A program made the translations under genes and the position numbers. The notes beneath the pieces were generated by a model that was not told the origin of the DNA, made no database searches, and worked only from the letters and a program-made list of their open reading frames with translations. A DNA stretch of 33,362 bases, taken from Bacillota bacterium. Lineage in GTDB: Bacteria; Bacillota; Sulfobacillia; JAJZYS01; JAJYTV01. Of this stretch, positions 23,643 to 30,828 are shown in pieces (positions within the stretch are counted from its first letter, which is position 1; every line of letters starts with the position of its first letter). The stretch covers positions 1 to 33,362 of the forward strand of contig JAKAPV010000001.1 in the NCBI GenBank assembly GCA_021806845.1, given 5' to 3'.

Positions 23643-25169
23643 CTACCTCGTGGCGCTGGTCTCCACGAGCGCGTAGTCGGCAGCGGTGGTGGCGTCGTTG
23701 CCTTCAGGCACGCGCGCGGCGCGCAGCACCCAGGTCAGCACGACGACGACCACGAGGTTGGCGATGAGCGCCCAGAGCCCCGCGTATCCGGCCACGCCGC
23801 CAAGCGCGAAGACCGAAGACGTGAAGCCGCTGGAGGCCGCCATTACCGTGCCGACGACCATGCCGACGAGCCATCCGAAGATCAGAGCCGTGCGGTGCAT
23901 CCAGCGCGTGTAGAGGGCGAGCACGATGGCCGGCAGCGTCTGCAGGATCCAGATGCCGCCGAGCAGCTGCAGCTGGATGGAGAACGTCGTCGGGATGAGG
24001 ATGATGAACGCCAGCGCGCCCAGCTTCACCACGAGCGACGTGACCTTCGCCGTCTTGGCCTCCTGCTGGTCGCTCATCTTCGGGTTCACGTACTCACGCC
24101 AGATGTTGCGGGAGAACAGGTTCGCCGCGGCGATCGACATGATCGAGGCCGGTACCAGCGCACCGATCGCGATGGCTGCGAACGCCACGCCGGCGAACCA
24201 GGACGGGAACATCTTGAGGAAGAGCGCCGGAACGGCCGCGTTCGGGCTCGTCACGTTTACGTGGGCGGCAAGCGCCATGTATCCGAGGAGGGCGATGAAC
24301 CCGAGCAGCAGCGAGTAGATCGGCAGGAACGCCGCGTTGCGCTTGATGGTCCGCGGCCCGTTGGAGGCGAAGACGCCCGTGAGGGCGTGCGGGTAGAGGA
24401 ATAGCGCCAGCGCGGAGCCGAACGCCAGTGTGCCATACGCGGCGAAGAGAGGCGGGCTCAGCAGGAGCGAGCCTGGGGGCGTGTGCGACGGGAGCTGCTG
24501 TGCCGCGGACTGGAAGATCGCCGCGAAACCGCCGAGGCGGGACGGGATCACGATCAGCGCCACGATGATCGTCAGGTAGATGAGCACGTCCTTGACGATC
24601 GCGGTCAGCGCCGGCGCCCGAAGGCCGCTGGTGTAAGTGTAGGCTGCGAGGATCACGAAGGCGATGATCAGCGGCAGGTCGTTCATCCAGCCGGTTCCGG
24701 TGATGCCCATCGCCGCCAGCACGTATTGGATGCCGACGAGCTGCAGGGCGATGTACGGCATCGTCGCGAGGATGCCCGTGATCGCGACGGCGAGGGCGAG
24801 GCCGCGGCTCTCGAAGCGGCCCTTCACAAAGTCGGACGGGGTGATGTAGTTGTGCTTCTTCGCCACTGCCCACAGCCTGGGCATGACGAGGTAGACGAAC
24901 GGGTACACGACGATCGTGTACGGCACCGCGAAGAAGCCCAGGGCACCCTTGCCGTAGACGAGTCCCGGCACTGCGATGAACGTGTATGCGGTGTAGAGGT
25001 CGCCCCCGAGCAGGAACCAGGTGATGAGGGCTCCAAAGCTCCGCCCTGCGAGGCCCCACTCGTGCAGGACGTCAAGGTCCCCGGCCCGCCAGCGCGCCGC
25101 CAAAAAGCCGACCACGGCGACGAACAGGAAGAGCACGAGGAAGACGATCAGTGCTGTCCAGTTGACCAT
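23643..25169 (-). CDS. Sodium:solute symporter family (SSF) transporter
   Basis: The 508-aa protein has about 13 TM segments with an SSF-type N-terminus (LFVAVVGFLAARW...). The ATG lies 9 nt after AAGGAGG. Confidence 0.85.
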   Translation of the reverse strand: MVNWTALIVFLVLFLFVAVVGFLAARWRAGDLDVLHEWGLAGRSFGALITWFLLGGDLYTAYTFIAVPGLVYGKGALGFFAVPYTIVVYPFVYLVMPRLWAVAKKHNYITPSDFVKGRFESRGLALAVAITGILATMPYIALQLVGIQYVLAAMGITGTGWMNDLPLIIAFVILAAYTYTSGLRAPALTAIVKDVLIYLTIIVALIVIPSRLGGFAAIFQSAAQQLPSHTPPGSLLLSPPLFAAYGTLAFGSALALFLYPHALTGVFASNGPRTIKRNAAFLPIYSLLLGFIALLGYMALAAHVNVTSPNAAVPALFLKMFPSWFAGVAFAAIAIGALVPASIMSIAAANLFSRNIWREYVNPKMSDQQEAKTAKVTSLVVKLGALAFIILIPTTFSIQLQLLGGIWILQTLPAIVLALYTRWMHRTALIFGWLVGMVVGTVMAASSGFTSSVFALGGVAGYAGLWALIANLVVVVVLTWVLRAARVPEGNDATTAADYALVETSATR

Positions 25170-25184
25170 ATCGCTCGCGCCTCC

Positions 25185-25385
25185 TTATCGTGCGATGAGA
25201 TACACCAGGAGAGTGATGATGCTGGAGATGATCACCCAGAGAAACTGATACCAGTAGAAGAACGGGAAACCCCACAGGGTCGGGGTCGCGGCAGCGTAGA
25301 ACGATGGGAACAGCGTGCCGATGAAGGGAATGATGAGCAGTAGATACCAGCCTTTGCGTCCAGCGCTAGCGCGCTCGGGTTCCAT
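25185..25385 (-). CDS. Small membrane protein (DUF3311-like) preceding the SSF transporter
   Basis: From ATG 25385 it is 66 aa with two hydrophobic helices (WYLLLIIPFIGTLFPSFY, YQFLWVIISSIITLLVYLI). It ends 15 nt before the symporter start. The rest of ORF 25185..25703 is implausible. Confidence 0.65.
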   Translation of the reverse strand: MEPERASAGRKGWYLLLIIPFIGTLFPSFYAAATPTLWGFPFFYWYQFLWVIISSIITLLVYLIAR

Positions 25386-25563
25386 ATCTCCATCTCCTTC
25401 CTGCAAGGCGTGCGAGCCCGAAATCTCCGAACGGGCACTCCGGAAGGTCCCTATGTCGCTCCCGAGATGCCCATTCGGCAAACGTGTTCGCCCAGCTTGT
25501 GAAGTTTCCTCCTGCGCGGGTGCGGGATGTGCATGCACGGTGGCATTTAATAGAGGAGCGAAC

Positions 25564-25896
25564 ATGGCGGAACTCCAGGAGAAGCTCGCAGCGGAGAGAA
25601 CGTTTCTCGCGTGGCTCCGCACATCCATTTCCATCATGGCGTTCGGGTTTGTCGTCGCGCGGTTCGACTGGTTTCTCCACCGCACCACATCGACGACAGG
25701 CACATTCCTCGGGGCGCTCCTGACCGCCGTTGGCGGTCTCTTCGCCGTGCTGGCGGCCGCGCGATTCTGGCACGAGGCGCGCCACCCTTCGAGCGTGCAC
25801 CCGGGGCCGGGGCTCGCGGTCGCTGCGGGCGGGGCGGTCGCGCTCAGCGCAGTCTTGCTTACCGTCTACCTTTTGGTGCATCGTTTGCTGGTATAG
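25564..25896 (+). CDS. DUF202/YidH-family membrane protein
   Basis: MAELQEKLAAERTFLAWLRTSISIMAFGF is the DUF202 signature (ER..LAW.RT). It has three TM segments. AGAGGAG lies upstream of ATG 25564. Confidence 0.75.
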   Translation: MAELQEKLAAERTFLAWLRTSISIMAFGFVVARFDWFLHRTTSTTGTFLGALLTAVGGLFAVLAAARFWHEARHPSSVHPGPGLAVAAGGAVALSAVLLTVYLLVHRLLV

Positions 25897-25916
25897 GCAG
25901 ACCTTGTATGCCGAGG

Positions 25917-25945
25917 CAGACAACGGGGCCCTCGTGTGGTAAAGT
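25917..25945 (+). promoter_or_regulatory. Candidate promoter for abrB-like gene
   Basis: CAGACA, a 17-nt spacer and TAAAGT with an extended TGg are present. The abrB SD (GGGAG) and ATG lie about 35 nt downstream. Confidence 0.3.
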
Positions 25946-25980
25946 AAACTTGCACACGGGTATAGCGGGAGTGAACAAAA

Positions 25981-26244
25981 ATGGCGCTTAAGTCTACTGG
26001 CATCGTTCGCAAGGTGGACGACCTTGGCCGCGTAGTGCTTCCGATTGAGCTGCGCCGTACGCTCGGCATCACCGAAAAGGACTCGCTGGAGATCTACGTC
26101 GACGGCGAGCAGGTGATCCTCAAGAAGTATGAGCCTGCATGCATCTTCTGCGGCAACGCCTCGGAAATGACGCACTTCCACGGGAAGAACGTCTGCCTTG
26201 GATGCGCTGCGGAACTGCAAGCGATGAGCGAGCGCGCAGGTTAA
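25981..26244 (+). CDS. abrB: AbrB-family transition-state regulator homolog with Cys4 C-terminal tail
   Basis: KSTGIVRKVDDLGRVVLPIELRRTLGITEKDSLEIYVDGEQVILKKY is near-identical in pattern to the B. subtilis AbrB N-domain. The C-terminus carries CIFCG...CLGC. Confidence 0.9.
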   Translation: MALKSTGIVRKVDDLGRVVLPIELRRTLGITEKDSLEIYVDGEQVILKKYEPACIFCGNASEMTHFHGKNVCLGCAAELQAMSERAG

Positions 26245-26259
26245 GAACAGCGATAATCT

Positions 26260-26300
26260 GCAGAGCGCTCCGGCCACGGCCGGGGCGCTCTGCGTCTTTT
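26260..26300 (+). terminator. Rho-independent terminator after abrB
   Basis: GCAGAGCGCTCCGGCC pairs with GGCCGGGGCGCTCTGC (one G-U pair, small apical loop). It is followed by GTCTTTTCTCC. Confidence 0.7.
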
Positions 26301-26461
26301 CTCCGGCGCACAGTTTCTGTTCACGGGCCGGCTCGCGACAGAAAGACGCCTCGAGGACCTGAGGCTCTCAGCGCAGTGGAGGGGCTGTGCTTTGGCATGG
26401 CAGCCGCGACAGACCGGCTGGAGGCAGCGGGCCTGTCGGCCCGCGCCCGCGCCGCAATGCG

Positions 26462-27085
26462 CTAGCGCACGGCCCGCAGCGCGAGGAGCACGCCCCAGAT
26501 GCCGCGCCTCTTGATCTGCGGCTCCCATCCTGCTGCGCGCAGGAGGGCGACCGGGTCGCGGTTCAGGTTGCACGCCGTTCCGCGGTAGAAGCCGGGAGCG
26601 ATCCGGTCCAAGAGCTTTCCCACGAGCGTGCGGTCTCCGCGCCCGTGTTCCGCGAGCAGCAGGACGCCGCCTGGGCGGAGTACCCGGCGCATCTCCCGAT
26701 AGGCGGCGACGGGATCGGGGAAAGTGCAGCCCGCGAACGTTTCGGTCACCGTGTCAAAGCTCGCGTCGGCGAAGGGGAGCGCGGCCGCGTCGGCCTCTTC
26801 GAGGTCGGCGCGGATCCCGAGCGAACGGGCGCGAGCCTTTGCGTACTCGAGCATTTCAGGACTGAGGTCTACGCCCGTCAGGTCGATGCCGGGCGGATAG
26901 TACGGGAGGTTGAGTCCCGACCCGATCGCCACCTCCAGGGTCCTGCCGTGCGCTCCGGCTGCGACCATGCGTCGCAGGCGGGCGAATCCGAGCAGGGAGA
27001 GCAGGGCCGGTTCACGCTGGAAGAAGCGCGCATTTTCACGGTAGCGTTCGCGCACAAAGGCGCTCCCGTCCGGCTCGCCTGCCAT
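26462..27085 (-). CDS. Class I SAM-dependent methyltransferase (Methyltransf_11-like)
   Basis: Motif I is LEVAIGSGLN, and the post-motif is RVLRPGGVLLLAEH. The ATG directly abuts the ribH stop (0-nt gap). Confidence 0.8.
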   Translation of the reverse strand: MAGEPDGSAFVRERYRENARFFQREPALLSLLGFARLRRMVAAGAHGRTLEVAIGSGLNLPYYPPGIDLTGVDLSPEMLEYAKARARSLGIRADLEEADAAALPFADASFDTVTETFAGCTFPDPVAAYREMRRVLRPGGVLLLAEHGRGDRTLVGKLLDRIAPGFYRGTACNLNRDPVALLRAAGWEPQIKRRGIWGVLLALRAVR

Positions 27086-27544
27086 CTAGATGATGGTCAG
27101 GAGGCGGGCCATCTCGAGCGCCGTCCTGGCCGCTTCCTCGCCCTTGTTCTCCTTGAGACCCGCGCGTGCGAGGCCCTGTTCGACCGTGTCCACCGTGAGG
27201 ACACCGAAGCCTACCCCGACCTTCGCGCCCAGGGCGACCTGCTGCACGCCTTGCGCGCACGCCTGCGCAACCACCTCAAAGTGGTAGGTCTCTCCGCGCA
27301 GCACGACACCCAGTACGACGATGGCATTCAGCTGGCCCGTCTCCGCGAGCCGCCGCGCGGCGGCCGGGAGCTCGAACGCCCCGGGGACGCGCACCAGCAC
27401 GATGTCGTCTTCCTTCACGCCGGCCTCGATCAGGATCTCATGCGCCCCTTCGATCATCTGCCGCACCAGCATCTCGTTGTACCGGGCGGCCACGATGGCG
27501 ACGCGGAAGCCTGTACCCTGCGGCTTGCCGCGCAGTTCCCGCAA
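27086..27544 (-). CDS. ribH: 6,7-dimethyl-8-ribityllumazine synthase
   Basis: FRVAIVAARYNEMLV..., VPGAFELP and VVLRGETYHFEVV are the canonical RibH pattern. Confidence 0.95.
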   Translation of the reverse strand: MRELRGKPQGTGFRVAIVAARYNEMLVRQMIEGAHEILIEAGVKEDDIVLVRVPGAFELPAAARRLAETGQLNAIVVLGVVLRGETYHFEVVAQACAQGVQQVALGAKVGVGFGVLTVDTVEQGLARAGLKENKGEEAARTALEMARLLTII

Positions 27545-27560
27545 AGTCCTCTCTCCCTTG

Positions 27561-28757
27561 CTACTCGGTCAGCAGGTGACCGAGCTTGCTGCGTTTGGTC
27601 TCGAGATAGCGCTGGTTCTCGGGACGATGCGCAATCTCGATGGGCACGCGTTCGACGATCTCGATGCCGTACCCTTCGAGAGCGGCGACTTTGCGGGGAT
27701 TGTTTGTCAGGAGCCTCAGCTTGTGCACGCCGAGGTCGACGAGAATCTGCGCGCCGATGCCGTAGTCGCGCAGGTCCGGGGGGTAGCCGAGGCGCAGGTT
27801 CGCCTCGACGGTGTCGAGGCCGCTGTCCTGCAGCGCATAGGCCTGGATCTTCGGAGCGAGCCCGATGCCCCGGCCTTCGTGACCACGCAGGTAGATGAGC
27901 GCCCCGCGCCCTTCGCGGTCGATCTGCATCAGGGCCTCCGCCAACTGGTCGCCGCAGTCGCAGCGCAGCGACCCGAGCACGTCGCCGGTCAGGCACTCGG
28001 AGTGCATGCGGCAGAGCACCGGCTCCCCGTCGGTGATGTCCCCCTTGACGACCGCGAGGTGCGAATTCTGGTGCAGCACGTCCTCATAGGCGATCGCGCG
28101 GAAGTGGCCGAACTTCGTCGGCAGTTCGGCCTCGCCGACGCGCTGGATCAGCCGCTCGGTCTGGTGACGGTAGCGGATGATGTCGGCGATCGTCACGACG
28201 TTCAGACCGTGGCGCTGCGCAAACGCGAGAAGGTCGGGCGTGCGGGCCATCGTCCCGTCGTCGTTCATCACCTCGCAGATCACCCCGGCCGGCGCGAGCC
28301 CGGCCATCCGTGCGAGGTCCACCGCGGCCTCCGTGTGCCCGGCGCGCTTGAGGATGCCGCCCGGCTGGGCCTCGAGCGGGAAGATGTGGCCGGGCTGCAA
28401 GAAGCCCTCCGGGCCCACCTTAGAGTCCGCGGCGAGACGCGCCGTCAGCGCGCGGTCCGCCGCCGAGATGCCGGTCGAGACGCCGCGCGCGTCGATCGAG
28501 ACGGTGAATGCCGTTTCCCAGTGCTCCGTGTTCTGCAGCACCATCGGCGGCAGCCGCAGCTGGCGTACGCGCTCGGCCGAGAGCGGCAGGCAGATGAGCC
28601 CGCGTCCCTGCGTGGCCATGAAAGTGATGATCTCCGGGGTGACGAGTTCCGCCGCCGCGACAAGGTCTCCCTCGTTCTCGCGGTCGGCGTCGTCGATGAC
28701 GATGACCATCCTTCCGGCGCGGATATCGGCGAGTGCATCCTGCACATTGGCGAACAT
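27561..28757 (-). CDS. ribBA: Bifunctional 3,4-dihydroxy-2-butanone-4-phosphate synthase / GTP cyclohydrolase II
   Basis: The RibB part has [11 protein letters not shown] and [13 protein letters not shown]. The RibA part has [20 protein letters not shown] and [11 protein letters not shown]. Confidence 0.95.
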   Translation of the reverse strand: MFANVQDALADIRAGRMVIVIDDADRENEGDLVAAAELVTPEIITFMATQGRGLICLPLSAERVRQLRLPPMVLQNTEHWETAFTVSIDARGVSTGISAADRALTARLAADSKVGPEGFLQPGHIFPLEAQPGGILKRAGHTEAAVDLARMAGLAPAGVICEVMNDDGTMARTPDLLAFAQRHGLNVVTIADIIRYRHQTERLIQRVGEAELPTKFGHFRAIAYEDVLHQNSHLAVVKGDITDGEPVLCRMHSECLTGDVLGSLRCDCGDQLAEALMQIDREGRGALIYLRGHEGRGIGLAPKIQAYALQDSGLDTVEANLRLGYPPDLRDYGIGAQILVDLGVHKLRLLTNNPRKVAALEGYGIEIVERVPIEIAHRPENQRYLETKRSKLGHLLTE

Positions 28758-28759
28758 TG

Positions 28760-29353
28760 CTATGCCTCCTCGGGTCGGTGCAAGGCTTCAAGGTACCGTG
28801 CGATCACGTCGACTTCGAGATGGACGTCGTCGCCCGCCGCTCGCGCCAAGAGATCGGTGTTACGGTAAGTGTGGGGGATGATGGCGAAGGAAGCGGTCCC
28901 CTCCGCGTAGTCTGCCACGGTCAGGCTGATTCCGTTGACGGTGAGAGAACCTTTCTGCGCGATGTACCGCCGGAGCTGTGCCGGAACGGCGATCCGCAGG
29001 CGATACCCGTCGCCTTCCGGCAGGAGGCACTCGAGCTGCCCGAGCCCGTCGACGTGGCCCTGCACGATATGTCCTCCGAGCCGGTCCTGCAATCGCATGG
29101 CGCGCTCGAGATTGACCGGCGCCCCCGGGCCCCACGTTCCGAAGGCGGTGCGGCGCAGCGTCTCCGGGCTGAGGTCGGCAGCGAATCCGGACCCGTCCCG
29201 CTCCACGGCCGTCAGGCAGCAGCCCGACACCGCCACGGACTCCCCGATCTCGAGGTCGGCGCCGAACGATGCGAGCACGCGCAGGCGCGCTCCTTGCGCC
29301 GACTCGTCGATGGACAGGATCTTGCCGACTTCCGAAACCAGGCCGGTGAACAC
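28760..29353 (-). CDS. ribE: Riboflavin synthase alpha chain
   Basis: [12 protein letters not shown]..., [12 protein letters not shown] and [12 protein letters not shown] form the duplicated lumazine-binding repeat. Confidence 0.95.
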   Translation of the reverse strand: MFTGLVSEVGKILSIDESAQGARLRVLASFGADLEIGESVAVSGCCLTAVERDGSGFAADLSPETLRRTAFGTWGPGAPVNLERAMRLQDRLGGHIVQGHVDGLGQLECLLPEGDGYRLRIAVPAQLRRYIAQKGSLTVNGISLTVADYAEGTASFAIIPHTYRNTDLLARAAGDDVHLEVDVIARYLEALHRPEEA

Positions 29354-29357
29354 GTCA

Positions 29358-30446
29358 TCAACCTCTTTCCACGTTCGCGCTGCAGCAGATGTCCCGCCCG
29401 TACTGCCGCCACTCGATATCTCGCAGGCGGACGCCCTCCGCCGGACGCACCGCGCCCAGCCCGGCGACGGCGGCCGGTGCGCCGGCCCCTCCGATCACGA
29501 GCGGCGCGAAGAAAGCTTGTACGCGATCGACGAGGCCCGCGTCGAACAGGCGTCCCAGTAGAGTCGGGCCGCCCTCCACCAGCACAGAGAGGACATCCCG
29601 GCGGGCGATCTCCGCAAGAACCTGCGACAGCGGCAATTCCGGGCCTGGCGGGAAGAACAGAAGTTCCGCGCGGTCGCCGAGGGCTGCCTTGCGCTCTGCG
29701 GGGGCATCCTCCGCAGCACAGATCAGAGTGCGTCCCGGCGCGGAGAGGATGCGCGCCTCGGGCGGGGTGCGCAGTGCCCGATCAAGCACGACGCGGAGGG
29801 GATGCTCGCCGGATGCGTCGCGCACCGTGAGCTGCGGATCGTCGGCCAGCACCGTCCCGATCCCCACCATGACGGCATCATGGTCGGCGCGCAGCCGGTG
29901 CACTTCCTGGCGCGCCTCCGGGCCCGTGATGTAGAGGCTCTCGCCCGTTCGGGCCGCGGCGTGTCCGCAGAGGGCGCTCGCCCATTTGGCGGTGACGAGC
30001 GGACGCCCTTCCCGCCGCCAGGTGAAATACGGCCGGTTCATCTCCTCGGCGGCGGCGGCCTCCAGGCCGACCGCAACCTCGATACCTGCGGTACGCAGCT
30101 CTGCGATGCCGTTGCCTTGCTCCGCCGGGTTCGGGTCCTCGATCGCGGCGACCACGCGAGTGACGCCGGCTGCGATGAGGGCCTGGGTGCAGGGGGGCGT
30201 TCGGCCGAAATGGCGGCAGGGCTCGAGCGTGACGTAGAGGGTCGCGCCTTTTGCCGCTGGACCGGCTTCGTGGAGCGCGGCGATCTCCGCGTGCGGAGTG
30301 CCGGGTCCGCGATGCCATCCCTGGCCAACGACCTGACCGTCCTTCACCAGGACGGCGCCGACGCGGGGGTTCGGCGACACGCGCCCTTGCGCCCGCGTTG
30401 CGAGCGCGAGCGCAGAGTGCATGTGGTGGAGGTCAGTGGAAGACAT
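29358..30446 (-). CDS. ribD: Bifunctional riboflavin deaminase/reductase
   Basis: The deaminase zinc motifs HAEIAAL and TLEPCRHFGRTPPC are present, along with the C-terminal RibD reductase domain. Confidence 0.95.
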   Translation of the reverse strand: MSSTDLHHMHSALALATRAQGRVSPNPRVGAVLVKDGQVVGQGWHRGPGTPHAEIAALHEAGPAAKGATLYVTLEPCRHFGRTPPCTQALIAAGVTRVVAAIEDPNPAEQGNGIAELRTAGIEVAVGLEAAAAEEMNRPYFTWRREGRPLVTAKWASALCGHAAARTGESLYITGPEARQEVHRLRADHDAVMVGIGTVLADDPQLTVRDASGEHPLRVVLDRALRTPPEARILSAPGRTLICAAEDAPAERKAALGDRAELLFFPPGPELPLSQVLAEIARRDVLSVLVEGGPTLLGRLFDAGLVDRVQAFFAPLVIGGAGAPAAVAGLGAVRPAEGVRLRDIEWRQYGRDICCSANVERG

Positions 30447-30464
30447 GCGATCACCTTCCGCAGC

Positions 30465-30501
30465 AAATGTGAAAGACCCAAGGAGTGTCCTTCCTCAGGT
30501 C
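30465..30501 (-). terminator. Candidate riboswitch expression-platform terminator upstream of ribD
   Basis: The minus strand reads GACCUGAGGA-AGGACAC-UCCUUGGGUC (10 bp including two G-U pairs), followed by UUUCACAUUU. The ribD SD GGAAGGTG lies just downstream. Confidence 0.45.
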
Positions 30502-30524
30502 GCAGGGCATGAAGCCATACAGCC

Positions 30525-30653
30525 CCTTCTTCCATCCCGACTCTAACGGTCGGCCCCGGATTTTCACCGGATCGGCCCCAGTTGCCTGGGGTTCGCGGGC
30601 TCGGCCTTGCGGCCATCACCGCCGGTACGGAATTTCACCGGACCCTGAAGGAG
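30525..30653 (-). promoter_or_regulatory. FMN riboswitch (RFN element) aptamer
   Basis: The minus strand reads CCUCCUUCAGGGUCCGGUGAAAUUCCGUACCGGCGGUGAUG...GAGCCCGCGAAC...GAUCCGGUGAAAAUCCGGGGCCGACCGUUAGAGUCGGGAUGGAAGAAGG. This matches the conserved RFN core blocks and lies at the head of the rib operon. Confidence 0.9.
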
Positions 30654-30682
30654 GATATCGCGCCTATGCATTTGGTGCCGTC

Positions 30683-30712
30683 ATCCTACCACTTGTATGC
30701 GCGATCCGGCAA
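30683..30712 (-). promoter_or_regulatory. Candidate rib operon promoter
   Basis: The minus strand reads TTGCCG (30712-30707), an 18-nt spacer and TGgTAGGAT (-10 at 30688-30683), about 30 nt upstream of the riboswitch. Confidence 0.4.
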
Positions 30713-30828
30713 GGATCTGCGGCCCGGGCGCGCGTGTACCCATGGTGACGGCACGGCTCCAGCGGCGGCAGGTGGACGTTCTGCTCCTGAGCCGTGACGA
30801 GATGTTATTACCCTGCGGGGAGCGGGCT

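Noticed and set aside
26427-26444. Hairpin GCGGGCC-TGTC-GGCCCGC just downstream of the methyltransferase stop, as the terminator of the rib operon.
   Set aside because: A 7-bp GC stem is present, but no U-tract follows on the minus strand, so it is not convincing as an intrinsic terminator.
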